A stretch of 64,000 bases of DNA from Rhodoferax sp. (GCA_031386665.1 JANNCN010000023.1:10572-74571); one strand, 5' to 3'. Positions 30,746-41,222 are shown, counted from the first letter of the stretch. A program made the numbers and translations. Notes: generated by a model not told the origin, from the sequence alone.

Positions 30746-30796
30746 GCTGCAAAGCAATTGAATGCCTCGAACGTCTTCAAAAAAGTGATCTAGACC

Positions 30797-32419
30797 ATGC
30801 CCCTTATCGAGTCCAAACTCAACGCCCGCTCTGCGGAGTTTCAGGCCAATGCAGCAGCCCTTCGTGCGGCGGTCAATGACCTGAATGCCAAGCTAGTGGT
30901 CTCCTTCAAAGGCGGTGGCGACGCGGCGCGGGCCAAGCACACCGCACGCGGCAAGCTGCTGCCGCGAGAACGAGTGCAAATGTTGCTTGACCCTGGCACG
31001 CCGTTTTTGGAACTGTCGCCCTTGGCCGCACTCAGCATGTACCCTGACCGCGACGGCACGGACAGCGCGCCTTGCGCAGGCGTCATCACCGGCATTGGCC
31101 GTGTCAGCGGTGTCGATTGTCTGATTGTCTGCAATGACGCGACAGTGAAAGGCGGCACTTACTACCCCATGACGGTCAAAAAGCATTTGCGTGCGCAAGA
31201 AATTGCTCAGCAAAACAACCTGCCGTGCATTTACCTGGTCGATTCTGGCGGTGCCAATTTGCCCAACCAGGATGATGTGTTTCCAGACCGCGATCACTTT
31301 GGCCGAATTTTCTTCAACCAGGCCAATATGAGCGCCCAAGGCATCGCGCAGATCGCGGTGGTCATGGGTTCGTGCACAGCGGGCGGTGCCTACGTGCCCG
31401 CAATGAGCGATGAGACCATCATCGTCAAAGGACAAGGCACCATATTTTTGGGTGGCCCGCCCTTGGTTAAAGCGGCAACGGGTGAGGTGGTGTCGGCTGA
31501 AGATTTGGGCGGTGGCGACGTGCACACGCGCTTGTCGGGTGTGGCAGACCACTTGGCGTCCAACGACCCGCATGCACTGGCCTTGGCGCGCAATGTGGTC
31601 AAAACCCTGAACCGCCAAAAGCGCTTGCCGCTCAAAGTTCAGCAGGCTACCGCGCCAAAGTATGCGCCAGAAGAAATGTACGGCGTGATTCCGGCCGATA
31701 CCCGCAAGCCTTACGACGTTCGTGAAGTGATCGCCCGCATTGTGGATGGCTCCGAGTTTGATGAATTCAAAGCCCGTTTTGGCTCCACCCTGGTTTGCGG
31801 CTTTGCGCACATTGAAGGCATGCCCGTGGGCTTTGTGGCCAACAACGGCATTTTGTTTTCAGAATCCGCACAAAAGGGAGCGCATTTCATTGAGCTGTGC
31901 TGCCAGCGCAAAGTGCCCCTGGTGTTTTTACAAAACATAACGGGTTTCATGGTGGGGCGCAAATACGAAAACGAGGGCATTGCCCGCCACGGTGCAAAGA
32001 TGGTGACAGCCGTGGCCACCGCGCAGGTGCCCAAATTCACCATCATCATTGGTGGCAGCTATGGCGCAGGCAACTACGGCATGTGTGGGCGGGCTTACTC
32101 GCCGCGCTTTTTGTGGATGTGGCCCAATGCTCGCATTTGCGTGATGGGCGGCGAGCAAGCCGCTGGCGTTTTAGCAACCGTCCGCCGCGATGGCATTGAA
32201 GCCAAAGGCGGCAGTTGGAGTGCCGACGAAGAAGCCCAATTCAAACAACCCGTGCTTGACCAATTCGCGCACCAGTCGCACCCCTACTATGCCAGTGCCC
32301 GGGTGTGGGACGATGGCGTGATCGACCCCGCCGACACCCGCCGCGTGCTAGGTTTGGCGCTGTCTGCCAGTTTGAATGCACCGATTGAGGACACCAAGTT
32401 TGGTGTCTTTCGGATGTAA
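30797..32419 (+). CDS. liuB: Methylcrotonyl-CoA carboxylase, carboxyltransferase (beta) subunit
   Basis: Carboxyl-transferase family, ~540 aa, conserved throughout. liu context. Confidence 0.9.
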   Translation: MPLIESKLNARSAEFQANAAALRAAVNDLNAKLVVSFKGGGDAARAKHTARGKLLPRERVQMLLDPGTPFLELSPLAALSMYPDRDGTDSAPCAGVITGIGRVSGVDCLIVCNDATVKGGTYYPMTVKKHLRAQEIAQQNNLPCIYLVDSGGANLPNQDDVFPDRDHFGRIFFNQANMSAQGIAQIAVVMGSCTAGGAYVPAMSDETIIVKGQGTIFLGGPPLVKAATGEVVSAEDLGGGDVHTRLSGVADHLASNDPHALALARNVVKTLNRQKRLPLKVQQATAPKYAPEEMYGVIPADTRKPYDVREVIARIVDGSEFDEFKARFGSTLVCGFAHIEGMPVGFVANNGILFSESAQKGAHFIELCCQRKVPLVFLQNITGFMVGRKYENEGIARHGAKMVTAVATAQVPKFTIIIGGSYGAGNYGMCGRAYSPRFLWMWPNARICVMGGEQAAGVLATVRRDGIEAKGGSWSADEEAQFKQPVLDQFAHQSHPYYASARVWDDGVIDPADTRRVLGLALSASLNAPIEDTKFGVFRM

Positions 32420-32451
32420 CTCGTCGTTCACCTTTCAGTTCAAAACCGCCC

Positions 32452-33585
32452 ATGGACAACATTTACGTCACCGCCGAGCACGAGCAGTTGCGCGAGCAAA
32501 TCGCGCGCTTCATTGCCCGTGAGGTCGAGCCCTTTGGCGCAACCTGGGAAGACGCTGGAAGCACACCGCGCGAGGTGCTGCGCAAAATGGGCCAAAACGG
32601 TTTGCTGGGCTTGATGTACGAGTCGCAGTATGGCGGCGCCGACGCTGATGCGCTGACCAACCTGGTGTTTGCCGAGGCGCTGTCGCAGTCCACCTTTGGC
32701 GGCTTCATCATCACGGTGCTGGTTCATACCGACATGGCCAGCCCGCATTTGCACCATGCTGGCAGTGCGGCGCAAAGGGCGCGCTACTTGCCAAGCGTGA
32801 TTGCGGGCGAAACGATTACTGCAGTCGGCATATCAGAGCCAGGAGCCGGGTCCGACGTGGCAGGCATGCGCATGACCGCTCGACGCGATGGTGACGAATG
32901 GGTGTTGAACGGTACCAAAATGTTCATCACTAACGGTGTGCTGGCCAACCTGTACTTCATTGCTGCCAAAACTGGCCTAGCTCGGCATGACGTGTCGATG
33001 TTCATTGTCGAAAAAGGCACACCTGGCTTCAGTGTGGGGCGGGCCTTGAAAAAAACCGGCTGGCTGTCCAGCGACACGGCCGAGCTGATTTTTGACAACT
33101 GCCGCATTCCCGCTGACAACTTGTTGGGCGAAGAAGGCAAAGGTTTTTATTCGGTGATGAAGAATTTTCAAACCGAACGCATTGCCTTGGCAGCCATGGC
33201 GGTGGGCCATTGCACCCAGGCCATCAAGCTGACGCTGGACTACGTGCGTCAGCGCCAAGCCTTTGGCGTAACGCTGTGGGATCAGCAAACCATCCGCCAG
33301 CGCATCGCCATGCTGGACGCCAAAACCCGCGCCGCCCGCCAGTTTATGTACCACTGCGCTTGGAGCGTGACCCAAGAGCGTGACATTGTGCAAGAAGTGT
33401 CGATGCTCAAAGCCCTGACCGGTGAACTGGTGAACGAGGTGCTGCAAACTTGCCAGCAGTTTCACGGTGGCATGGGCTACATGCGTGAGACCGCCATTGA
33501 GCGCCTTTGGCGTGATGCCCGCGTGTTGGGCATTGGCGGTGGTGCGACCGAAGTCATGCTGGAAGAAGTCGCTAAGCGCTATTGA
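32452..33585 (+). CDS. Acyl-CoA dehydrogenase
   Basis: ACAD fold ([30 protein letters not shown]). Confidence 0.85.
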   Translation: MDNIYVTAEHEQLREQIARFIAREVEPFGATWEDAGSTPREVLRKMGQNGLLGLMYESQYGGADADALTNLVFAEALSQSTFGGFIITVLVHTDMASPHLHHAGSAAQRARYLPSVIAGETITAVGISEPGAGSDVAGMRMTARRDGDEWVLNGTKMFITNGVLANLYFIAAKTGLARHDVSMFIVEKGTPGFSVGRALKKTGWLSSDTAELIFDNCRIPADNLLGEEGKGFYSVMKNFQTERIALAAMAVGHCTQAIKLTLDYVRQRQAFGVTLWDQQTIRQRIAMLDAKTRAARQFMYHCAWSVTQERDIVQEVSMLKALTGELVNEVLQTCQQFHGGMGYMRETAIERLWRDARVLGIGGGATEVMLEEVAKRY

Positions 33586-33645
33586 ACAGACCTTCAATGA
33601 CCCACCAACATCCCTCGCATCGCGCATCACTTAGGAAAATCATTC

Positions 33646-34422
33646 ATGGCAGTGCTTGAAGTCACTCGCGCGGGCACGGTGTGCACCGTCACGCTCAACC
33701 GCCCCGAGTTTCGCAATGCCTTCAATGCGGAATTGATTGCCGCGTTGACCCAGACCTTCGCAGAGCTTTCAAAACAAGCAGACCTGCGCGCCATTGTGCT
33801 CAGCGCCAACGGACGGGCCTTTTGCGCGGGTGCCGACCTGAATTGGATGCAAACCATGGCCCACTACGACTGGGTAGAAAATTTTGAGGATGCCCAAAAG
33901 CTGGCCACCATGCTGTGCACCTTGGATCAATGCCCCATTCCCATCATCGGGCGTATTCAGGGCGACTGTTACGCAGGCGGCATGGGCCTGGCGGCTGTGT
34001 GCGATGTGTTGGTAGCCTCTGACAACGTGAGCTTTTGCCTGTCAGAAGCCCGCATTGGCTTGCTGCCGGCCACCATCAGCCCTTACGTTTTGCGGGCGAT
34101 GGGCATGCAGGCCAGCAGGCGCTACATGGTGACAGCAGAGCGTTTTAGCGCAGCGCAGGCGTTGGCGATGGGTTTTGTGCATGAGGTTTGCAGAGCTGCA
34201 GAGCTTGACGCTAAGGTTGCAGGGCTGGTTGAAACCGTGGTGGCCAACGGCCCCGCAGCTTCCAGGGCATGCAAATTGTTGGTGCGTGACATCGCAGGCC
34301 AACCGATTGCCGATGAGCTGCGTTATGAGACGGCCCGCCGCATTGCCGACATTCGCGCAAGTGACGAAGGCAAAGAGGGATTGCAGTCATTTTTGCAAAA
34401 GCGCAAACCCAACTGGGTTTAA
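33646..34422 (+). CDS. liuC: Enoyl-CoA hydratase family (methylglutaconyl-CoA hydratase candidate)
   Basis: Crotonase fold (FCAGADLNWM, oxyanion region). Position between liuB and liuD. Confidence 0.8.
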   Translation: MAVLEVTRAGTVCTVTLNRPEFRNAFNAELIAALTQTFAELSKQADLRAIVLSANGRAFCAGADLNWMQTMAHYDWVENFEDAQKLATMLCTLDQCPIPIIGRIQGDCYAGGMGLAAVCDVLVASDNVSFCLSEARIGLLPATISPYVLRAMGMQASRRYMVTAERFSAAQALAMGFVHEVCRAAELDAKVAGLVETVVANGPAASRACKLLVRDIAGQPIADELRYETARRIADIRASDEGKEGLQSFLQKRKPNWV

Positions 34423-34454
34423 AACGCAGCAGCACACTTCAACACAAGGCGTTC

Positions 34455-35132
34455 ATGGACACATTACTTCAGCTTTGGCAATCTCTAACCGGCGTAGCTC
34501 AAAAAGGCACCAGTTCAATGGACATGGCGCAGCTTTTAGCGCTGGCTGCTGCCTTGGGTTGGGCCAGCGGCCTGCGCCTTTACGCGGTGGTTTTTATGAC
34601 CGGCCTGGCGGGTTGGCTGGGGTGGTTGTCATTGCCCCAAGGCTTAGCGGTGTTGCAGCACCCGGCGCTCCTGGCAGGCAGTGTGTTCATGCTGTTTGTT
34701 GAATTTTTTGCTGACAAAATTCCGGGTGTCGACACGGTATGGGACTTGGTGCATTCAGTCATTCGCGTACCGGCGGGTGCGGCACTTGCCGCAGGGGTGT
34801 TCGGGGCTGACAGCGCGACCATGGGCGTCATGGCAGGCTTGCTGGGCGGCACGTTGGCGGCGACTTCGTTTGCAACCAAGGCGACCACCCGCGCTGCCAT
34901 CAACACATCGCCCGAACCGTTTTCGAACATCGCCATGAGTCTGGTTGAAGACGGTGCAGTGATTGGCATGATGTGGTTGGCTACCAACTACCCTGTGAGC
35001 TTTGGCATTGCCCTGACGATCGTCTTGGTCTTGAGTATTTGGCTGCTGATCGTGCTGTTGCGGTTCTTGAAGTCGTTGGTGGCGCGGGTGCGTGGCTGGG
35101 TGGGTGGTGCCACCGTGAGTGAGGCACGCTAG
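34455..35132 (+). CDS. DUF4126-family integral membrane protein
   Basis: FVEFFADKIPGVDTVWD motif and 4-5 TM segments. Start uncertain (alternative ATG about 34518). Confidence 0.65.
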   Translation: MDTLLQLWQSLTGVAQKGTSSMDMAQLLALAAALGWASGLRLYAVVFMTGLAGWLGWLSLPQGLAVLQHPALLAGSVFMLFVEFFADKIPGVDTVWDLVHSVIRVPAGAALAAGVFGADSATMGVMAGLLGGTLAATSFATKATTRAAINTSPEPFSNIAMSLVEDGAVIGMMWLATNYPVSFGIALTIVLVLSIWLLIVLLRFLKSLVARVRGWVGGATVSEAR

Positions 35133-35135
35133 GCC

Positions 35136-36284
35136 GTGCAGCGTCGTGACTTATTGGGCTGGGCCAGTGGCGCCTGCATGGCGAGCGCGTGTCGTGGCGC
35201 GGCCAATGGGCAGACGCTGCCTGACATTCCCGCAACCAACCTGCCAGCGGAGCGTTTGGACATGTTAGCCCGCAGTAGTAGCCGACGCTATGGGTTTGCT
35301 GTGCATCCTAGCTATGCCGACAAAGAGCCAGTGCGCAGCCTCTTGCATCAGCATGCTGGCATCATCACCGCTGAAAACGCCATGAAGTGGCGCAACATTG
35401 AGAATGCTTTCGGCAGGCGCGATTACACGCAAGCGGACCGGGTGGTGGCTATTGCAACCGAACTGAATGTGCCTTTGCGCGGCCACACAGTGGCTTGGCA
35501 TCAAGCCACCCCAGGTTATTTGGCGAACGCTACACCTGAACAGTTCACCCAGGCGCAGACGGCGCACTTGCAAGCGCTGATGCTGAGGTACAAGGGCGGT
35601 ATTCACACGTGGGACGTGCTCAATGAAGCGATAGATGCAGATTCCAAAACCGCCAACGGCATGCGGGATTCGGTGCTGTCGCGTCTATGGGGTGTTGACC
35701 GGTATGGCGCACTTTTCGAGCTTGCCCGTGAGGCAGATCCAGCGGCCAAGCTCGCCTACAACGACTACGGGGTTGAGCAAGACGAGCCCTGGTGCGATGC
35801 GCGCCGTGAGGTCTTGCTGCGCTTGGTTGAAGGCTGGGTCAAGCGCGGCACTCCCATTGACGTAGTGGGCATACAAGCCCATCTGGATTTGTCACGCCGA
35901 TTTTCTGCGGTCAAGTTGTTGCGGTTTTTTGACCAGCTGCAGGACTTGGGCCTGAGCGTTCAAATCACCGAGTTGGACGTGCGCGACACGGCGCTCCCAG
36001 GTGATGTACCCACGCGCGATAACGCTGTCGCGGCGCTGTACCAAGCTTTTCTGGATGCGTGTTTGAGCCACCCGGCCGTAGAAATGGTGGTGATGTGGAA
36101 TGTGACCGATGATGACAGCTGGGTTAACCGCTGGACGCAGGGCCAGCAACGCCCAGACAGAACCCCTCAGCGTCCCACTTTGTTCGATCCGCAGGGTCAA
36201 CCCAAACCTTCGTTCCATGCGGTCGTGCGTAGTTTGCGCGACGCTTCAGTCAAGTTTGATAGTAAGAAGGCCAGACATGTTTAA
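35136..36284 (+). CDS. Glycoside hydrolase family 10 (endo-1,4-beta-xylanase-like) with Tat-type signal
   Basis: AENAMKWRNIE, GHTVAWHQ, WDVLNEAID (acid/base Glu), ITELDVRD (nucleophile Glu). N-terminal QRRDLLGWA twin-arginine motif. Confidence 0.8.
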   Translation: MQRRDLLGWASGACMASACRGAANGQTLPDIPATNLPAERLDMLARSSSRRYGFAVHPSYADKEPVRSLLHQHAGIITAENAMKWRNIENAFGRRDYTQADRVVAIATELNVPLRGHTVAWHQATPGYLANATPEQFTQAQTAHLQALMLRYKGGIHTWDVLNEAIDADSKTANGMRDSVLSRLWGVDRYGALFELAREADPAAKLAYNDYGVEQDEPWCDARREVLLRLVEGWVKRGTPIDVVGIQAHLDLSRRFSAVKLLRFFDQLQDLGLSVQITELDVRDTALPGDVPTRDNAVAALYQAFLDACLSHPAVEMVVMWNVTDDDSWVNRWTQGQQRPDRTPQRPTLFDPQGQPKPSFHAVVRSLRDASVKFDSKKARHV

Positions 36285-38313
36285 AAAAATACTGATTGCC
36301 AACCGGGGTGAAATCGCCTGCCGGGTGGCCGCTACCTGCAAGCAAATGGCTATCAAAACGGTGGCTGTTTATTCAGATGCCGACGCCAATGCCAAGCATG
36401 TCAGCGTGTGTGACGAAGCCGTGCACGTGGGCAGTAGCGCCCCCAAAGACAGCTATTTGAAGTGGGAACGCATTCTGGCCGCCGCCAAGGCCACGGGTGC
36501 GCAGGCGGTTCACCCTGGCTATGGTTTTTTAAGCGAGAACGAAGAGTTCGCCCAAGCCTGCGCTGACGCTGGACTGGTGTTCATCGGCCCGCCGCCCTCA
36601 GCCATCAGGGCCATGGGTTTGAAGGCTGAAAGCAAACAGCTGATGGGCCAAGCCGGGGTGCCCTTGGTGCCTGGCTATCACGGTGCCGATCAAGACCCGG
36701 CCTTGCTGCAACGCGAAGCCGATACCATGGGCTACCCGGTGTTGATCAAAGCCAGCGCAGGCGGTGGCGGCAAAGGCATGCGCGCGGTGGATCGCACTGA
36801 AGACTTTGCGCCGGCCTTGGCATCCTGCAAGCGGGAAGCGCTTAACAGTTTTGGCGATGACGCGGTGCTGATCGAAAAGTACGTGCAACGCCCCCGCCAC
36901 ATTGAGATTCAGGTGTTTGGCGACACCCATGGCAACTATGTTTACCTGTTTGAACGCGATTGCTCAGTGCAGCGCCGTCACCAAAAGGTGTTGGAAGAAG
37001 CCCCCGCGCCGGGCATGACCGAGGCCATGCGCTGCCAAATGGGAGAAGCTGCGGTGGCGGCGGCCCGTGCTGTGGCGTATGTGGGCGCAGGTACGGTGGA
37101 GTTTATTGTGGAGCAGCAAGCCGACGGCCGTATGACGTTCTACTTCATGGAAATGAACACGCGTCTCCAGGTGGAGCACCCGGTGACGGAGGCAATTACT
37201 GGGCTGGATCTGGTCGAATGGCAGCTTCGCATTGCCTTTGGCGAGAAACTGCCGCTCTCGCAAGATCAACTGCAAATTCAGGGCCACGCCATCGAGGCGC
37301 GCATCTGCGCTGAAAACCCCGACAAGAACTTTCTGCCCGCCACGGGCGCGCTGCAGGTGTACGACTTGCCTGATTGCGCCCAATTCGAACGTGCTGAATT
37401 TGGCGTGCGGGTGGACTCGGGCGTTCGCGCGGGCGATGCGATATCGCCCTATTACGATTCCATGATCGCCAAGTTGATCGTGCATGGTGCAACCCGGCAA
37501 GAAGCGCTGCAGCGCATGTACGATGCCTTGGCCAAGACGCACATTGTGGGTTTGCACACCAATGTGCAGTTTTTACGAAACGTTGTGCAAAGTGAATCCT
37601 TTGCCAAGGCCAATCTGGACACGGCTTTGATTCCGCGAGAAGCCGCTGTGCTATTCAATCAAGAAAAAATTGGCTTGCATTGGGCGGTGGCTGCCGTTGT
37701 GGCGCAAACGTTGCTCAATGACCAGGTTCAGGGCGGCTCCACTGCCATGACAGCAGCCAACGGCTGGCAAGACCCGTGGGCTCGTCGCGATGGATGGCGC
37801 TCGCACGGACTGACCCAGCGCAAGTTTCAATTTGAGTTTCAGGGCCAGGCATATGCCGCTGTGTTGACCTACCAGCACGATGGCGCGGTGCAACTCGCCA
37901 TTGAAGGCTCGAGGCAAATGGCGGGTGTTTTGGGGTTTGCACTCGCTGGCGGCGAGATCGACCTGCAATTCAATGGCCAGAGGCGTCGTATCAAGGTTCA
38001 TCAGCGAGGCGATGTGGCCCATGTGTTTGGCCCTGACGGTGCCACCCAAATCACGGTTGTGGATGTGCTGGCCCACGCGGGCGACGGCCAGGCCGACACG
38101 GGCCGTTTGACCGCACCCATGCCCGGCAAGTTGGTGTCTTTTGCCGTGAAGGTGGGTGAGAAGGTGGCCAAAGGCCAGCCGTTGGCCATCATGGACGCCA
38201 TGAAAATGGAGCACACCATTGCGTCACCCGCAGTTGGCACTGTGGCTGAGCTGTTGTACGCCCCCGGCGACCAAGTGGCCGAAGGTGCCGAACTGCTGAA
38301 GTTGGCCCCCTGA
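36277..38313 (+). CDS. liuD: Methylcrotonyl-CoA carboxylase, biotin carboxylase/BCCP (alpha) subunit
   Basis: MFKKILIANRGEIACRV, ATP-grasp, C-terminal biotinylation motif AMKMEH. Start overlaps the GH10 stop by 8 nt. Confidence 0.9.
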   Translation: MFKKILIANRGEIACRVAATCKQMAIKTVAVYSDADANAKHVSVCDEAVHVGSSAPKDSYLKWERILAAAKATGAQAVHPGYGFLSENEEFAQACADAGLVFIGPPPSAIRAMGLKAESKQLMGQAGVPLVPGYHGADQDPALLQREADTMGYPVLIKASAGGGGKGMRAVDRTEDFAPALASCKREALNSFGDDAVLIEKYVQRPRHIEIQVFGDTHGNYVYLFERDCSVQRRHQKVLEEAPAPGMTEAMRCQMGEAAVAAARAVAYVGAGTVEFIVEQQADGRMTFYFMEMNTRLQVEHPVTEAITGLDLVEWQLRIAFGEKLPLSQDQLQIQGHAIEARICAENPDKNFLPATGALQVYDLPDCAQFERAEFGVRVDSGVRAGDAISPYYDSMIAKLIVHGATRQEALQRMYDALAKTHIVGLHTNVQFLRNVVQSESFAKANLDTALIPREAAVLFNQEKIGLHWAVAAVVAQTLLNDQVQGGSTAMTAANGWQDPWARRDGWRSHGLTQRKFQFEFQGQAYAAVLTYQHDGAVQLAIEGSRQMAGVLGFALAGGEIDLQFNGQRRRIKVHQRGDVAHVFGPDGATQITVVDVLAHAGDGQADTGRLTAPMPGKLVSFAVKVGEKVAKGQPLAIMDAMKMEHTIASPAVGTVAELLYAPGDQVAEGAELLKLAP

Positions 38314-38344
38314 TGAATGGCCCTTCTGTTTTGGATTTGAACCA

Positions 38345-39265
38345 ATGAGAATTAGTTTCTGCTGCACTGGCACCAAACCCGAACCCTGGCTGGACGGACT
38401 GCGCGCCGCTTTGCCACAGGCCAGCGTTGAGCTTTGGGCGCCCGGTGCGCCCTTGGCCGACTACGCCGTGGTGTGGGCGCCGCCCCAACAATTTGTGGAT
38501 GAGCAAACCGCGCTGAAGGCCATGTTCAACATTGGGGCGGGAGTTGACGCGCTGATGCGCTTGCGAATTCAACCGCAGACGCAACTGGTGCGCTTGGACG
38601 ATGCAGGCATGTCGGTGCAAATGGCCGAGTACGTGTGCCATGCCGTTATCCAGCATTTTCGGGATTTCGACGGCTACCAAGCCGATGTGGGCGCGGGCAA
38701 ATGGTCTTACCGCAAGCCGCGCCTGCGGTCTGAATTTCCAATTGGCGTGATGGGACTTGGCGTTTTGGGCGAGCGGGTGGCGCGCGCACTGACACAATTT
38801 GATTTCTCCGTGTCGGGTTGGAGCCAGTCCCCCAAAACCATTGCGGGCGTTCGCAGTTTCGCAGGTGCTGCTCAATTTAATGAATTTTTGGCGGGCTGCA
38901 AAGTGTTGGTTTGTTTGTTGCCGCTGACCGATTCAACGCAAAACGTGATGAATTTGACCAGCCTGTCCAAGTTGCAAGCCGGTGCCTACGTGATCAACGT
39001 AGCGCGTGGGGCGCATTTGGTCGATGCTGATTTGATCCACCTGCTTGACAGCGGCCATTTGGCAGGGGCCACGCTGGACGTGTTTCGCACCGAGCCACTG
39101 CCCGCAGTGCACGCGTTTTGGCAGCACCCCAAAATTCGCATCACGCCGCACACTTCGGCGCGCACCCTGCGGCACGAGTCCATTGCGCAAATTGTCGGCA
39201 AAATACAAGCCATGGAGCAAGGCTTGCCAATTGCTGGCGTGGTCAACCCGATTCGAGGCTATTGA
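38345..39265 (+). CDS. D-2-hydroxyacid dehydrogenase (glyoxylate/hydroxypyruvate reductase A-like)
   Basis: Collinear with E. coli GhrA by eye (WLDGLRAALPQASV, LKAMFNIGAGVD, GVMGLGVLG). Confidence 0.75.
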   Translation: MRISFCCTGTKPEPWLDGLRAALPQASVELWAPGAPLADYAVVWAPPQQFVDEQTALKAMFNIGAGVDALMRLRIQPQTQLVRLDDAGMSVQMAEYVCHAVIQHFRDFDGYQADVGAGKWSYRKPRLRSEFPIGVMGLGVLGERVARALTQFDFSVSGWSQSPKTIAGVRSFAGAAQFNEFLAGCKVLVCLLPLTDSTQNVMNLTSLSKLQAGAYVINVARGAHLVDADLIHLLDSGHLAGATLDVFRTEPLPAVHAFWQHPKIRITPHTSARTLRHESIAQIVGKIQAMEQGLPIAGVVNPIRGY

Positions 39266-39319
39266 TAGTGAACAGACGCTTGAACGAGCTTTCTCGCAGC
39301 GTCAACCCAAGGAGTTTTG

Positions 39320-40267
39320 ATGAGCTTACCCACCAAAGTCAAACTGGTTGATGTCGGCCCCCGCGACGGACTGCAAAATGAAAAGCAAACGGTGCCCTCG
39401 GCTGTCAAAGTTGAGCTGGTTCATCGCTTGCAAGCGGCTGGCTTGACCGAGATTGAAGTCACCAGCTTCGTCAGCCCCAAATGGGTGCCGCAAATGGCCG
39501 ACAACGCGCAAGTGATGGCTGGCATTGTGCGCAAACCAGGCGTGCGCTATTCGGTTTTAACGCCAAACAGCAAAGGGCTTGACGCCGCCATGGCCGCACC
39601 GCGCCACCTGTGGCCGGATGAAATTGTGGTGTTTGCCGCAGCCAGCGAATCGTTTAGCCAACGCAATATCAATTGCTCACTTGAAGAGAGCATTGAACGC
39701 TTTCGCCCTGTGGCGGAGGTGGCCCGCGCCAACGGTATTTTTGTGCGCGGGGCGATTTCTTGCGCGGTGGGTTGCCCCTATGAGGGTGACGTTGCCCCCG
39801 CCAGCGTTGCCAACGTGGCGCGCCTACTCAAAGGCATTGGCGTGCAGCACGTTGGGGTGGCAGACACCATTGGCGTGGGCACGCCAGTCAAAGTGCAGCG
39901 TGCGCTGGAGGCGACCCTGCAACACTACGCGCTCAACGATGTGTCAGGCCATTTTCACGATACCTACGGTCAGGCCCTGGCCAACACGCTCATCGCCCTG
40001 CAAATGGGCATTTGGCAGTTTGACACCTCGGTCGCTGGCCTGGGCGGCTGCCCCTTCGCCAAGGGCGCAACAGGCAATGTGGCCTCAGAAGACGTGGTTT
40101 ACATGCTGCACGGCATGGGCATTGACACCGGCATTGACCTTGAAAAGCTCATTGATGCGGGCCACTACATCAGCGATTTTTTGCAACGCAAACCGAATTC
40201 TCGGGCAGCTACCGCGCTTTTGAACAAGCGACTGGCTCAAACTGCTGAAGTCGCGGAATCGGCTTGA
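39320..40267 (+). CDS. liuE: Hydroxymethylglutaryl-CoA lyase
   Basis: VKLVDVGPRDGLQNE, HFHDTYGQALAN, GLGGCPFA. AAGGAG lies 5 nt upstream of ATG 39320. Confidence 0.9.
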   Translation: MSLPTKVKLVDVGPRDGLQNEKQTVPSAVKVELVHRLQAAGLTEIEVTSFVSPKWVPQMADNAQVMAGIVRKPGVRYSVLTPNSKGLDAAMAAPRHLWPDEIVVFAAASESFSQRNINCSLEESIERFRPVAEVARANGIFVRGAISCAVGCPYEGDVAPASVANVARLLKGIGVQHVGVADTIGVGTPVKVQRALEATLQHYALNDVSGHFHDTYGQALANTLIALQMGIWQFDTSVAGLGGCPFAKGATGNVASEDVVYMLHGMGIDTGIDLEKLIDAGHYISDFLQRKPNSRAATALLNKRLAQTAEVAESA

Positions 40268-40310
40268 TGTCCCCGAACGAATTGGACTGCACAACCCCTT
40301 TGACTCTGGC

Positions 40311-40550
40311 ATGACCTCTCCCAGCGCTGCGCCCAATTACGACTTTTTCACCAAGGCCACTACGCACTTGGTGGCGTCGCCCTGCACCTCGGTTTGCAAA
40401 ATCAACGTTTCAAGCCAATTGTGTGAAGGCTGTTTTCGCACCATCGACGAAATCGTCGCTTGGTCGCGCATGGACAACGACGCCAAACGCGCCATCTGGG
40501 TGCAAATTGGCATGCGGGCGTCAGGGGTGGCCAAACCCTCAGCGACATGA
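40311..40550 (+). CDS. DUF1289-family small Cys-rich protein
   Basis: SPCTSVCKI...CEGCFRTIDEIVAWS motif. Confidence 0.7.
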   Translation: MTSPSAAPNYDFFTKATTHLVASPCTSVCKINVSSQLCEGCFRTIDEIVAWSRMDNDAKRAIWVQIGMRASGVAKPSAT

Positions 40551-41179
40551 AACACATCACTTTTTATTTAGACTTCATTTCGCCCTATGCCTATTTGGCG
40601 TTTGAGGCGCTACCGCAGGTGCTCATGGGGACCAGCTACACAGTGACTTACAAGCCAATTCTGTTCGCAGCTTTGCTTAAACACCACGGCCAGTTGGGCC
40701 CCGCTGAAATTCCGACCAAACGCGAATGGACTTACCGACAAGTGCAGTGGCTCGCCCAGCGTCAGGGGGCTCCGCTTCAAATGCCTGCCGCGCATCCATT
40801 CAACCCGCTGGGTCTACTTCGTTTGGCGCTGGCCTGCGCGCCCGCCAATCGCTACGTGTGCGAGGTCATTTTCAAGCACGCTTGGGTGGGTGGCGCGGAC
40901 GCCTCTGGTGCAAATCGCCTGCAAGAGCTGGCTCAGCGTCTCGCGCCTCGTCTGGATGTGAACAGCTCCGAGGTGAAGGATTTGCTCAAAGCCAACACCG
41001 ACGAAGCGATTCAAAATGGCGTATTTGGCGTGCCAACACTGCAGGTGGATGGTAAAAATTTTTGGGGACTTGACGCTTTGCCCATGCTGCGCGACTATAT
41101 GCAGGGCGATGCGGGGTTTGATTCAGATGCCTGGGCCAATGCCGCTTTGCTGCCGATAGGCACTGCCAGGCGGAATTGA
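40547..41179 (+). CDS. 2-hydroxychromene-2-carboxylate isomerase family (DsbA-like thioredoxin fold)
   Basis: ITFYLDFISPYAYLA N-terminus and FGVPTLQVDGKNFWG. ATGA overlap with the DUF1289 gene. Confidence 0.8.
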   Translation: MKHITFYLDFISPYAYLAFEALPQVLMGTSYTVTYKPILFAALLKHHGQLGPAEIPTKREWTYRQVQWLAQRQGAPLQMPAAHPFNPLGLLRLALACAPANRYVCEVIFKHAWVGGADASGANRLQELAQRLAPRLDVNSSEVKDLLKANTDEAIQNGVFGVPTLQVDGKNFWGLDALPMLRDYMQGDAGFDSDAWANAALLPIGTARRN

Positions 41180-41222
41180 ACGGGCGCTGGTTCAGTTTGG
41201 CGTTGAATGGGTAGAATTGGAG

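Noticed and set aside
30893-31810. 305-aa ORF on the minus strand
   Set aside because: Antisense to the MCC carboxyltransferase subunit.
39579-40223. 214-aa alternative-frame ORF on the plus strand
   Set aside because: It lies inside the HMG-CoA lyase gene in another frame. The translation is Trp/Arg/Pro-rich with no motif.
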